A stretch of DNA of 64,000 bases, from assembly GCA_030390025.1 (NCBI GenBank), contig CM059432.1, positions 58,530,001 through 58,594,000 of the forward strand, written 5' to 3'. Of this stretch, positions 48,166 through 60,215 are shown in pieces. Source of the DNA: Squalus acanthias (taxonomy: Eukaryota). A model generated the notes under the pieces. That model was not told the DNA's origin. It did not search any database and was given only the letters and a program-made list of their open reading frames with translations. Made by a program: the position numbers and the translations under genes. Each line of letters starts with the position of its first letter. The first letter of the stretch is position 1.

Positions 48166-49997
48166 ATGGAGAGGGTGAGAGAACGAGCTCAGCGCTTCAC
48201 CGAGCGGGCCTTGGATGCTCTGGTTGGCGCGGTGGAGCGCAGAAGATCTATACTCTTCCCTGAGAGTGGCAGGAGGCCTTTGCCACGCGAGTACAGAAGA
48301 GTGTGGAGGGAGGTGGCTCAGAGCGTCTCCTCCAGGAGAATGGTGCCCAGGACCCATGTTCAATGCCGCAAAAAGTTCAACGACCTCACTCGGGTCGTCA
48401 GGGTGAGTGGCTTTTTCTCAATACCTCTCCATCCCTCCATCTCAACCTCACTCTATGGCCAGAGGGTCTTAAAACCCCAATGCACAACACTCATCCAACA
48501 CCTATGGCCCTTTCATGAAACACACACACACATTCCACACTTTGCATACAGTAAGGGCTATTCACCTATGGGAGGCACATCAGGCAAGACCATGGCTGTA
48601 TATTTACTCAGATGCTGTCCTTTTTCTTGCAGGCCAAGCTGGCGCATAATAGGAGACAGCAGCAACGGACAGGTGGAGGGCGGCCTCAGCTGCAACCCCT
48701 CAGCGATCTTGAGGAGCGCGTCCACAGGATTGTGGCAAGCCGGGTGATCGGTCCCGTCGCCACTGGAGACGCCGACCCCGTTCTGGACAGCAATGGTAAG
48801 GTCATCACCTTTTTGTCCTCTGTCCTTCCGCTTGTCCCTCACAACACCAGCCTTTGACACTTTCAATCCAACTTGCTAACTCGCTGCACTTATTCCTCCC
48901 TTACTGCCACCCTGTCCTCACGCTAAAGCCACTCTTGTACCTCCCTGCTTTCAGATGGTGATTCACCAGCTGAGGAGACGGGCCCTGAAGCTGCCAGTGG
49001 GAGTGAAGCTGCAGCCGAGGAGGAAGAGGAAGCCGGAGCATCAGTGCCACCCTCTCCCGAGGAAGCCCATGCCCACACTGGGAACACGCCTTCCCTAGAG
49101 GGGAGCAGGGGGGAAGGGTCTGATGAGGGTGAAGCTCCAGGACCCAGCGGGCTGCAGCAACGCCATGGGGGTAGGGAAGAACGGGGGCCTTCTCCCCAGC
49201 GGGAGAGTATGCCAGCGACTCCTACTGCAATGGACGCAGAGGAGGAGCGGCTGATCGCAGAAATGAACACCCAGGCGGTGGGCATGCACACTGAGCTCAT
49301 GGGTGCAGTGGGAAGGGTGCCCGAATGCATTGAGTCACTGGCAAGGAGTGTGGAGCACTTCGCTGTAGCACAGGCGGATGCCACACTAAAGCTTAGAGCT
49401 GCAATTCAGTCACTGACTGCCGTGATCCCATCTCTGACTGCTCTCATGCAGACTCAGATTGAGGCCACGCGAGCACTGTCTGCTGCCAACCTCGATGGTT
49501 CGTTCACATGTCCCCGGGGCTGTCACCGCGCCGCAGCAGGCCAGCAATCTGTGCTCCAGCAGATTGCTCCAGATGCTGAAGTGCTGCCCCGTGGGAGTGC
49601 CAGTGTGTCGGGCGAGCAGGGAGTTGCTGTCCTCTCTCACGATGACAGCATTCCTGCTGCCAACACTGTCACTTCTCCACTGCACTTGCCACCGCCTGTA
49701 GGACAGACTGCTGCCGCCCATGCAGAGTTGGTGCAGTCTGCAGCCGGGCCCTCCAGTCCCAGAACTGGTCGAGGTGTCCTTCAGGGGCATCTGCAGTGTC
49801 AGGGTCTGACAATCAGCAGCCTTCCACCAGCCTTGCTGCAGCCACTGAGGTCCCATTACGGAGGAGCAGTAGGGTTAGAAGGGGGGAAGTGCGCAAGGGA
49901 AGGAGATCACCCTCGAAGGGCAAAAAGTAGGAGGTGTGACAAAATGCTGGTCATTTTTTTATTAAAGGCCGAGGTTCGTGGTTCAACTTTTGTTTAG
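48166..49997 (+). CDS. Harbinger Myb/SANT-like protein, exons 48166-48402, 48633-48795, 48955-49997 (480 aa as read; probable 1-bp deletion near 49775 alters the C-terminus)
   Basis: All GT-AG sites intact and phase-compatible (0, 1); RAQRFTERALDALV...WREVA...QCRKKFNDL. Confidence 0.9.
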
Positions 49998-50242
49998 TGT
50001 TTTGGACATTATCTCCAGGTTGTGAGAACCAGTTATGTTAATGACTGTTTTTTTGTGTTTATTTCTATGAGTTTGTCATGAGGAAATGACACACACAGAG
50101 TTTGTAAAATAAATAAGTTTTTGTATTCAAAATATACATGTTTGGTGTTTGGAATCATTGGTGCCTTGGCCGGCTTAGGGGTTGCGTGCTGGGTTCATTG
50201 ATGTTGTTAGCAATGGCAGAAGCCATTTCCACAGCAGGGGCC

Positions 50243-51403
50243 CTAGAAGCGGCTTGCTATCAGCCGTTGACGGACGGCCCTTGCAGTTTCACCATTGTGG
50301 GCCGCCCTCCCGCCTTGGTGCTGCTGATGATCATCCTCCTCGTCCTCTTCCTCCTCTTCCTCCTCCTCCTCTGGTGGTGCTCCAAGGCCTGGTGGCATTG
50401 GCTGGGTCCTGACGATTGCCATGTTATGCAACATGCAGCACACAACTACGAAGTTGGATACTCGCTCAGGCGAGTACTGCAGGGCTCCTCCAGAATGGTC
50501 GAGACAGCGGAACCGTTGCTTCAGCACGCCGATTGTGCGCTCAATGATGTTCCTGGTAGCTTGATGGCTCTCGTTGTACCGCAGCTCAGCAGGGGTGTTG
50601 GGCGTACGGAGCGGTGTCATCAGCCAGGTGCACAATGGATACCCCTTGTCCCCGAGAAGCCAACCAACTGGCTGATGCGGTGCCTCGAAAAGTTCTGCCA
50701 CAGTAGTCTGGCGCAGGATGAAAGCATCGTGGCAGCTGCCAGGATAGTGGGCATTGACAGCGAGTATCAGCTGTCTGTGGTCACAGACCAACTGAACATT
50801 CAAGGAATGGAACCCCTTTCTGTTCCGGAAATCCTCGGCATTCTCATGTGGAGCACGCAAAGCCACATGCGTGCAGTCAATGGCGCCCTGCACCATGGGG
50901 AAGCCCGCTATCCTCGCAAAGCCCAGAGCGCGGTCACGCTGCTTGTCTAGGGTCATGGGGAAAGAGATGAACTCTCGTCTCCTTTTAAAGAGGGCATTTG
51001 TGACCTGCCGGTTGCAGCAATGCACCGCGAACTGGGAGATATTGGCGAGGTCCCCAGCAGCAGCTTGAAATGAGCCAGTAGCATAGAAGTTGAGAGCCAC
51101 TGTGACCTTCACTGCCACCGACAGAGACGTCCTGGACCTCAGTTGAGGCTGCAGATCTGGCTGCAGCAGGTGGCAGAGCTCAGTGACCACCTCCTTGCTG
51201 AATCGCAGCCTTCGCAAACACAGCTCCTCAGACATATGAATGTAGGAGAGCTGTTCACGATATACCCTGGGAGGGTAAGCTCTCCTGTACAGATGCCTGT
51301 TGGCCCTCCTCCGTCTGGCCATCATTGCCACTCTCTCTCTGCGTCTCTGTGTCCTCCGATTCAGCTGGAGCAGGACGACACCCCCATTCAGTGCAGCCCC
51401 CAT
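50243..51403 (-). CDS. HARBI1-like DDE transposase, intact, 386 aa
   Basis: Uninterrupted ORF with GAIDCTH, LLGDKGY and RNIIERTIG catalytic motifs; acidic C-terminal tail. Confidence 0.96.
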   Translation of the reverse strand: MGAALNGGVVLLQLNRRTQRRRERVAMMARRRRANRHLYRRAYPPRVYREQLSYIHMSEELCLRRLRFSKEVVTELCHLLQPDLQPQLRSRTSLSVAVKVTVALNFYATGSFQAAAGDLANISQFAVHCCNRQVTNALFKRRREFISFPMTLDKQRDRALGFARIAGFPMVQGAIDCTHVALRAPHENAEDFRNRKGFHSLNVQLVCDHRQLILAVNAHYPGSCHDAFILRQTTVAELFEAPHQPVGWLLGDKGYPLCTWLMTPLRTPNTPAELRYNESHQATRNIIERTIGVLKQRFRCLDHSGGALQYSPERVSNFVVVCCMLHNMAIVRTQPMPPGLGAPPEEEEEEEEEDEEDDHQQHQGGRAAHNGETARAVRQRLIASRF

Positions 51404-54400
51404 AGTCTCTTTGCAAGCAAAGTTATGAAGGACAGCAACCAAAGTACCAGCGAAGTTAGGATCAGTAGGCAAAACTACCTCACAAAGCGTTGACTCAATG
51501 CAGAAGTCTCTCTTTCTCTCTCTCCGAATCTCTCTCTCTCTCTCAGAACGAGTGGTGCAAAAATGTCAACCACAGAAAAAGACAGGAAGAGGCCCCCTTT
51601 AAATAGCGCCCCCCCCCAGCCCCACAGCGATTGATAGCGTTCCAGTCTTCCGGTCGTTGGATGCGCCAGGTGGTAAGGCAGGGGGCGCCACTCAATTTCC
51701 GCTCCGGGGCGCCACAAGGGCGTTGCACCATGGAATGACGTCACAATCTGCGCGCGCAGGTGGTCGCGGCGGTAAAGTTTAGCACCGCCACACAATGTCT
51801 AGTTAAGTTCCCGAGCGGCGCAAACATCGCTGCGCCCGGGCGCTAGCGGCTTTGCGCCCCATTAGCGCCCTCTTAAGGCGCTAACGGGAGGCGCAACCAA
51901 CTGAATTTTTCCCCCTTAGTCCTTTTAGAATTATTATTTACTGTAGCCCTGTTTGATTTACACCCTTGATTTCTCTGCCTTCCACTTTTGCCTTTTCTCC
52001 TTCCTGTCATTTGCTTCTATCCTTGCTTCCCTTTCCTCTGTTTCCCTGCACAGGTTCCCAACCCCCTGCCACTTTAGTTTAAACCCTCCCCAACAGCACT
52101 AGCAAACACTCCCCCTAGGACATCGGTCCCGGTCCTGCCCAGGTGCAAACCGTCCAGTTTGTACTGGTCCCACCTCCCCCAGAACCGGTTCCAATGTCCC
52201 AGGAATTTGAATCCCTCCCCCTTGCTGGTAAGGAAGTCTTGACAGATAGCACGTCTGATGTTGACATGATCTGTCAGTGACTTCTTCCCTAATTGGCTTG
52301 CTGAGCCCGCAGGGCGGGCTTAACAAGCTCAATCAGGGGAAAATCCCTCTGAATGGTCAGGCGAGGATGGAGGCGGGACATTGATACGACAAGCAGCAGT
52401 CCCGCCTCTAACTCGCCTCCATTCACAAAATCCAGACCGTAGTTTCCGAGCTGCATGATTCCCGTGGTCATCCAGTGAAATGCAAAAGGTCTGATTAAAA
52501 TCCCTGTTAAAGGTCTCACAACAAGGATTTAAAGAGCTTAATTAGCTCGCCCGCCTCTGCCGTTCGGATCTGTGGCGCGCTGGCAAACATACCCGAGTTA
52601 AAGGCGCGAGGAGGCAGAATGACAGCGTGTTCCCAACGCGCTCCCATTTTCTGCAACTCTTACTGCTGACCCGCCTCCAAACCCACACACACGGCAGTGG
52701 GACAATTCCGGCCAACATCTCAGTGCTGCAGTGGAAGCTCAGACTGCTGCCATCATGGTTGGGTTTACGAGTGTGGAAAGGGGCTTGCAGGGTCTCACAG
52801 CACTTCAGCAATCTGTCCCCCAACAGATGCATAGGATTGCTGAGACACCTCCCCGGGGGAGTGGCAGTGGCTCCGTGGAGCAAGAACCTGCTGTCCTCTC
52901 TCAGGATGACTGCATTCGTACTCCCAACACTGCCACTCTGCCAGTGCCCTTGCTGCTGCCTATCATCCAGCCAGCCCAGACTGCTGCCACCCATGCCAAG
53001 ATGGTGCAGTGTACAGCTGGGCCTTCTAGGGCCAGAGCTGCTTGAGGTCGTCCTGCAAGGCCATCTGTAGTCTCCCCCACTGAAAGTCAGCAGCTGTCCA
53101 CCAGCCATGCTGCAGCCATTGTGGAGCACTAGAGTAGGAGCACTAGAGTTGGAAAAGGAACACTAAAGACAGACAATATGGGAATGCACAAAGGTGATTA
53201 GTTGATGTTGTTGTTTTGATAAATTTATAAATTATGTTTGAAATGTTTGTTTTGTGATGACTCTCATTTCAGCTTGATGTCCAGGAGGACACTGTGATGT
53301 TCCATGACAGAGGGATGGTACGGTGGGGAAGGGTTAAGCAATGGGGCTCTGGGGTTTCATTCATTGGAACCGGAGTCTGATGAGGCGCTCACAGACAGCC
53401 CGTCCTCCCTTCCTTCTCCTCATCCTCCTCTTCTTCCTGCTCCTCTGCTTCCTCCTCCTCTTCTTCCTCCTCCTCCTGAAGTGTTCCCGGAACCCATGGT
53501 GGCAAGGGCTGTGCCCTCATGATGGCCAAGTTGTGGAGGATGCAGCAGACCACCATGAAATGGGACACCCACTCCAGTGAGTACTAGAGGGCTCCTCCCG
53601 AGCGGCCAAGGCCGTGGAACCATTGCTTGAGCACCCCAATTGCTCGATAAGGTTCCTCGTGGCAGCATGGCTCTGATTATATGAGTGCTGGCCACTAGTG
53701 GTGGGGTTGTGGAGGGGAGTCATCAGCCAGGTATAGAGCAGATAGCCTTTGTCTCTGAGAAGCCACCCTCAGGGTTTATGTGGTGGCTGGAAGATTGCTG
53801 GCACACCGGACTGACGCAGGATGAAGGCATGACTGCTTCCAGGATAGCGGGCATTCACCATCATGATGCGTTGGGCATGGTCACACAACAACTGCACATT
53901 AAGTGAGTGGTAGACTTTGCAGTTATGGAACATCTCAGGATTGTTATGCGGTGCCCACAGAGCCACGTGTGTGCAATCGATGGTGCCCTGCACCATGGGT
54001 AACATGGGTAAGCCCGATATTCTGACAAAGCCACAAGCGCGCTCCTCCTGCTTTTCTCTGTTTAGAGAGAAGACAATGAAGTCCCTTCTCATGGAATACA
54101 GAGCCTCTGTGACCTCCCGGGTGCAGCGATGGACGGCGAACTGAGAGATTTTAGCTATGTCTCCTGCTCCAGACTGGAAGGATCCGCTGGTGAAAATATT
54201 GTGGGGCACGGTGACCTTGAGGGTCACTGGCAGCGCCGTCATTGCCCTGCTCTGAGGCTGCAGGTCTGGTTACAGGAGGTGGCAGAGTTCTGTGTCCACC
54301 TCCTTGGTGAAGCAGAGCCTTCTAATATACTGCTCCTGGCTTAAATACAGGTAGGAGAAGTGCTCTCGGAAGACCCCAGGTGGGTAAGGCCTCCTGCTGA

Positions 54401-55164
54401 GAGCCCTCCTGCCCCTCCTCCTCCTTCCTCTGCGAGCATCTTGTCTTCTTCGCTGCCTCTGCTCCACCTCCCTTTCATACTCGAGCACGAGGGGGTCTGC
54501 AAGTAGAGCCCCCATCACTTTGAGCAAGTGGTGTGAGTAGAAGCCTTTAAATGAGAAGCAAGTCATTCTCCACTTGCAGCAACATTGCCTGTCATCTCAG
54601 CAACTTTAAATAACTGTAGAAAGCTCAAAACAGTTGCATAAACTTACACAGAGCCAGTAGAACTGAAAAAGCAAGTCAGCTGCAAGTTGTTGCTGATCCC
54701 TTTAAATAGGGCTGGTGGAGGATCCTTCCTGCTGCTGAACGCATGTTCAACTGGTCGTGATTTAGAGAGGGTGTTAAGAGGAGCAGCGGCGTCCATAATG
54801 GCAGATCGTGTGTCAAATCATCGTTGCACACTCATTGACGTCACGATCTGCCTCATATCCATATCTGCAATGAGTGCAGGCAATGGCAGCGCTGCCGGCC
54901 TGCCCAAAATGGCGGCTGCCGCGGGACCAGTGGACGCGGGTGGCAGCCACCAATTTTTCTTCCATACCTACTGTGCAGTAATCCTCCTCAGTCAATGCGT
55001 ATGCTATGTGTCTGATGAAAACAGGAATAGGTTCAAATGTGATGGTTCTCATAGTTGGATAGCCCAGTGGCAATCACAATCTAAGTTCTTGTATAGAATG
55101 GGTGCTTGAGTGAAGTCCTGGAAGTTAACTGACACCGAGCAACTATTTCCCAGCATAAGTCGAT

Positions 55165-57050
55165 GTCCGTGAAATCTGACTCCATGGCGCCTGCTTTTTC
55201 AGCGCTACAGGTGCCTTATGTCCACAATGCCATGCGCGTACACTTCTGGTGTGGGCCGCGCTGGATCCCATTTTGGTGAGGTCGTTAGTGCGGGCGCTGG
55301 GAGCGTGCGCCGGAAGTATGCAGAGTAGGCAGATCGTGATGTAAGCTTTCAGGTTAGTTGCTGATTGATTTCTACTGACTATTGGTGAGTTTGTAGAAGT
55401 GTTTGGTGGTTTGTTATCTTATTTGAAGTTGTTGAAGTCTCCACGGAGTGCAGCAGCAGGTTACTTCAAGGCTTCTGCTCAGACCAGTTGCTCCCAGTCA
55501 TGGGTGCAGTAGTTTGCATCCCCCTTGACCTGCAGCATGACACGGAGAATGAACAGAGGTGACACAGAGGAGGACAAGCTGCTCGAAGAGGGAGAAGGAG
55601 GAGGGGCAAGAGGAGGAGGAAGGGAGGAGGCAACCAACACAGCCCCTTTCTGGCTGAGCTGTCCGTGATCGACTCATCCAACTGCAGTACCAGTAAACGC
55701 AACCCCACTTCCCCATTCACCAACGCCTTTCCTTCCTTCTATTACTCACCATCAGCAGGGCCCAGTTTTGGATTGCACCACCTCAGCATGGCAGCAGTCT
55801 GAGCTTGCATGACAGAAGTCTGAGCTTCCACTGCAGCACCCAGACATTGGGTGGCTTCTGCTTGTGCTGCAATGGGAGCTGAGACATCGGCCATCAGACA
55901 CTGCACCATGATTGGGTCCACAAGTGCGCTAATGGAGTTGGCCATCACTTCCATGCTAGAAATGGATGGGCTCCAAGTTCTGCACAAAGCCCTGTGCCAA
56001 GTTGGTGCCAGATTGAATCCTCTAAAGTATGCGGACTGTCAGTATCTGAGCTGGTGGCTGCGAGTGTGAAATCGAGTGACGATGCTGTGTCTTCAGCATC
56101 ACTGCCTTCTTCCTCTTCCAGTTTTTGCTCCTCCACCACTGCCTAGCCAGGTTGCAGTTCTTGGCTATCTGAAAGGAGAAAGGCACAAGGTGAGGGGAGC
56201 GGGGGAAAGCAAGAGCTGCATGCTTACACCATCTGCAGCTTGTAAATCAGAAGAGATTGTGGGATGAGTGGGAAGTGGGATGTGAGAAGGAGGATTATGT
56301 ATGATAATACCGTCATCTTTCCATTGTTTCAGCCCCGCCGCTGGCCACGGGCTCAACGAATAGAAGTAAACAAGTCGTTGCTGAGGATTTTGAGCGCTAC
56401 TTAAAGGTATATTACCTTTTACTGTTCACTTGCTGCTGGAGGTTTTAAGAGGACTTTTGAAGTAAACTTTTGAGGGAGACTTTCTGGGAGTTTGTCAAGA
56501 CTTCACCAAAACTCTATCAACATTTATTCTGGAAATTCTCTGAGGACTTCACCTAAAAAGAGTAAGTGCTGTGCTACTCCACCTTATTGGACTCCTTAAA
56601 GGTGTCACCAGGAGAAAGGGAGTGCTTGGTCATGGGCATCTTGCTAGGGGTTCCCCTTGGCCTGCAGGAGGAATGGGAGGAGGACATGAGGAGAGGCAGA
56701 GCAGCAACAGCTGCTACAGGAGAGAGGGACAGGAGGGCGAGGTGGACTCCTTCGCCGCTGCGGGTACTGGACACCCCCCCTCCTCTGGAGGTCCTGGTGC
56801 CGCATCCGAGAACATGTCCCTGAGCCATCCTGAAACCTGTCGCTGTTTGTCAGCCAGCACACTCCATACCTTCAGTGGAAGTGTGTGAGTGGAGCCCATG
56901 GAAATTGCTTCTAATCAGCGTTTGTGTCCTAAACCTCAAGGCAAGTTCAAATTATGGTCATCAGCAATTAGGCCCAAAATTGGGTGCTAAAACCAGACTT
57001 TCAAACAGGTGTGTCTTATTAGCACAGTACCCATTCAGCGCCTGTTTTCA
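55165..57050. mobile_element. Mosaic of degraded Harbinger fragments (transposase 5' ends and an inverted Myb piece at 55745-56356)
   Basis: Similarity to 16200-16583/19920-20150 and to Myb exons 2-3 (AAQAEATQCLGAAVEAQT). Confidence 0.7.
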
Positions 57051-57054
57051 CCCT

Positions 57055-58395
57055 TAGATAGAGTCCTCTGCAGTCGCAACCGAGAGTCCAGGAGAATGTG
57101 TTGCCTACCTGGTTCAAAGGTAATGGATATCTCAGAGCAACTGGAGAAGAACTTGGAAAGGGAGGGGGAAGATCCAGTTGTCGTGGTCCATGTTGGGACC
57201 TATGGCATAGGAAAGAAAAAGGAGGAGGTCCTGCTAAGAGAATATCAGAAGTTAGGAACTAAATTAAACAACAGGACCTCACGAGGATCTCGGGATTACT
57301 ACCCGAATCAAATGCTTATTGGGATATAGATAGACAGATCAGGAAGATGAATGCGTGGCTGGTGTGGGAAGATGAGCTCCATTTTATGGGATACTGGCAC
57401 CAATACTGGGACAGGAAGGAGGTGTACCACTGGGACAACAGCAACAACAACTTGTATTTATATAGCGCCTTTAACATAGCAAAACATCCCAAGGCGCTTC
57501 ACAGGAGCGTTATCAAACAAAATTTGACACCGAGCCACATAAGGAGATATTAGGGCAGATGACCAAAAGCTTGGTCAAAGAGGTAAGTTTTAAGAAGCAT
57601 CTTAAAGGAGGAAAGAGAGGAAGATAGGTGGGGATGTTTAGGAAGGGAATTCCAGAGCTTAGGCCCTAGACAGCTGAAGGTACATCCGCCAATGGTGGAG
57701 CAATTAAAATCGGGGATGCTCAGGAGACCAGAATAGGAGGAGCACAGATATCTTGGAGGGTTGCAGGGGCAGAGGAGGTTACAGAGATAGGGAGGGGCGA
57801 GGCCATGGAGGGATTTGAAAACCAGGATGACAATTTTAAATTGAGACGTTGCTTAACTGGGAGCCAATGTAGGTCAGCGAGCACAGGGGTGATGGGTGAA
57901 TGGAACTTGGTGCGAGTTAGAATACGGGCAGCAATTTTGGATGACCTCAAGTTTATGGAGGGTGGAAGATGGATGGCTGGCCAGGCGTGCATTGGAACAG
58001 TCAAGTCTAGGGGTAACAAAAGAATGGATGAGGGTTTCAGCAGCAGATGAGCTGAGGCAGGGGCGGAGTCATGGAGATGGAATTAGGCAGTCTTAGTGAT
58101 GGCGCAGGTATGTGGTCGGAAGCTGATCTCGGAGTCAAATATGACACCAAGGTTGCGAACAGTCTGGAAGGAGCTGTACCGCTGAGATGGGCTTTATCTG
58201 AACAGGAGCGAGACCAGTGTCCTAGCGGAAAGGATAAATTGGGCTGTGGATAGGACTTTAAACTAATAAGATGGGGGAGGGATTTGGTGAAAATAACGTA
58301 CATCTGAAGATAAAAGAAATAAGAGGTGAGAGTAAAGGTCAGACCAAGGTAAGGAATAAGGGTAATATAAATGGTCAGGGAACAAATACAGTTAT
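57055..58395 (+). mobile_element. CR1 ORF1 (SGNH esterase) fragment, split by L2
   Basis: RMCCLPGSKV.DI...VVVVHVGT..MNAWL..HWD then DGLYLN at ~58187. Confidence 0.85.
57438..58165 (-). mobile_element. L2 LINE 3' fragment
   Basis: AARILTRTK.HSPITPVLADLHWLPVKQR; terminal ggcgctatataaatacaagttgttgttg (minus). Confidence 0.9.
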
Positions 58396-58851
58396 ATTTT
58401 ACCATCTGAGGCTTTGCAAACATCCAGCAGCACTCCCTACACACTTAAATAACTTTTAACATGTATTGCAGCAAGCCACTACTTCAATAAAATCAAAAAA
58501 ATCCAGTCCAAAAGCTTAAATGCAAACTTACCTGAAGATGTGTGTGTCCCTTTAAGAGGTGTTGACAGTGCCTCTGTGAGTCTGCTGAACGCTGGGTTTT
58601 CTCAAGCGCTGAACACAGCGCTAGGGGCGTAGTTCACCGAGGTGACGTTAAGTTGGCGTTGCACGCCGACTGACATCAACTCTCCCTCATTTAAATCTGC
58701 AGGGCCATCGATCTTACCGGCAGCGCTGCTGGGCCTCGGAAAATGGTGGATGCCACGAGACCCACCATCAGCTGGCGAGAGAGCCAGCTGCCCTCTTATC
58801 GCTATTTTTTGCCGGTAATGGGTGGTGTGAAGCCCCCGAATTTTTAGCCCC
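58396..58851. mobile_element. Right end of a D1/D2-family Harbinger
   Basis: Colinear with 31245-31640; ends GAATTTTTAGCCCC. Confidence 0.8.
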
Positions 58852-58869
58852 TGGTCTCTATATTATAAA

Positions 58870-59362
58870 AAGGATATAGAGACATCAGGAGAAGGTGTGA
58901 TACAGATTCTCAAGGATGATACCAGAGCTGAGAGCTTACAACTATCAGGAAAGACTAAACAGACTGTGGCTCTTTTCTCTAGAGGCTTGACCTGATAGAG
59001 GTCTTTAAGATAATGAAAGGGTTTGATAAGGTAGACATAGAGAAAATGTTTCTACTTGTATGCAAGACCAGAACTAGGGGCCATAAATGTAAGATAATTA
59101 CTAATAAATCTAATAGGGAAGTCAGGAGAAACTTCTTTACCCAAAGAGTGGTAGGAATGTGGAACTCGCTACCACAAGGAGTAGTTGAAACGATTAGCAT
59201 AGATGCATTTAAGGGGAAGCTAGATAAGCACATGAGGGAGGAAGGAATAGAAGGGTATGCTGGTAGGGTTAGATGAAGAGGGATGGGAGGAGGCTCGTGT
59301 GGAGCATAAACGCTGGCATAGACCAGTGGGCTAAATGGCCTCTTTCTGTGCTGTAGACTCTA
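58870..59362 (+). mobile_element. CR1 3' fragment (subfamily of 856-1360)
   Basis: MKGFDKVD...RNFFTQRVVGMWNSLPQGVVE...FKGKLDKHM. Confidence 0.9.
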
Positions 59363-59363
59363 T

Positions 59364-60215
59364 GGCCCCAATTTTAATTTTGCGATGCGCTGGGAGCAGA
59401 GGGTGGTGTTCAGTAGCGTGCGGGAAACCCAGAAGTAAGTGAATGCGTGTGTCAGTGGCTTTTTAACTCAGCCACCTCATTATAAATTTACTTCCAGATT
59501 TCCCTTCCAATCAGCGGCAGCGGGAGTGATGTGGACCTGCATGACGCGATCTCAACTAATGTATTTAAAGGGACACTCCAACCATGAAAGTTGAAGGAGT
59601 TTGGAGCTGGGGAGAAAAGGGAAGTAAGTGGCAGAAAGGAGTCCAGACGGGTAAAACTGCCCCTCGTTTCAGTGACACCTCCCTGGCTGTGCTGCTGGGG
59701 GGCTGTGAGGAGTCGGAGAGAGATACTGTTCCCTGCCAATGGGAGGAAGAAGCCGGCAGCAGAGACCAAGAAGACATGGTTGGAGGTAACGGAGGAGATC
59801 AGCAGCGGGAGCGTGGTGCCACGCTCATGGATTCAGTGCAGAATGTGCTTTAATGACCTAAGCAGGTCAGGAAAGCTGAGTACAGTGGCGCATTCTGCTG
59901 TGCGCATCACCCCACCCCCTCACTCTGCCTTGTCAAGCCTGCTCCAGCACATCACTCCTCACACAGGTGCAACCATGCTTCTCTTTCTATGCACTTCCTC
60001 ACATCCCCATCTATCCATCCACCACTCCCACTCATCCTCATCCTTATGTAATTTCATACTTATCATTCATAGTCACCCTTACCAAATGCCCTCCATCCAC
60101 CGGATGAACACATGCCATTACACTCACTCATACGTCTCTTCTTTTCCTCCTTGCAGGTGAAGAGTGCACAGAACACCAGGGAGTGGGAGAGAACTGGAGG
60201 ACTCCCTCCAAAAAA
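59364..60215 (+). mobile_element. Truncated Harbinger (B-like) with Myb exon 1 and start of exon 2
   Basis: APRFSD..L; TKKTWLEVTEEI...RSWIQCRMCFNDL. Confidence 0.82.

Larger units (their letters stand above)
47808..51915. mobile_element. Harbinger F, full-length young autonomous-type element (4108 bp)
   Basis: Perfect 12-bp TIR GGGGGAAAAATT; TSD TTA (47805-07 / 51916-18); CpG-rich ends; two convergent genes. Confidence 0.97.
44155..52225 (-). mobile_element. Long CR1 LINE (end of ORF1 esterase, APE endonuclease, RT, tail), split by two Harbinger insertions
   Basis: ORFs 47171-47776 (NARSIRNK, ITETWL, MGDFN) and 45025-46420 ([34 protein letters not shown]); ORF1 end DGLHLGRTG at ~52080-52225; (catagaag)n tail. 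Confidence 0.96.
43515..52438. mobile_element. Harbinger-type MITE C (~850 bp of own sequence, split by CR1)
   Basis: TIRs GGGCTGGATTT / AAATCCAGACC; TSD GTA (43512-14 / 52439-41). Confidence 0.85.
39629..52713. mobile_element. Harbinger B (degraded), inserted in the Myb gene of A
   Basis: TIRs GGCCGGAATTTTCC / GGACAATTCCGGCC; flanks AAT/AAC; Myb remnants 39940-41806 (+). Confidence 0.9.
37954..54963. mobile_element. Harbinger A (degraded; outermost shell of the nested stack)
   Basis: Left end AGCCTAGAAATTGG; Myb gene from 38248 whose exon 3 is split at 39628/52714; degraded transposase at 53361-54515 (-); right end approximate. Confidence 0.88.

Noticed and set aside
50138..50950. 270-aa plus-strand ORF
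   Set aside because: Antisense shadow of the transposase with no recognisable motifs
50243..51472. Domesticated host HARBI1 gene
   Set aside because: Lies within TIRs and TSD beside a Myb partner and interrupts a CR1, so it is a transposon copy; the 51472 start in the ORF track is non-ATG
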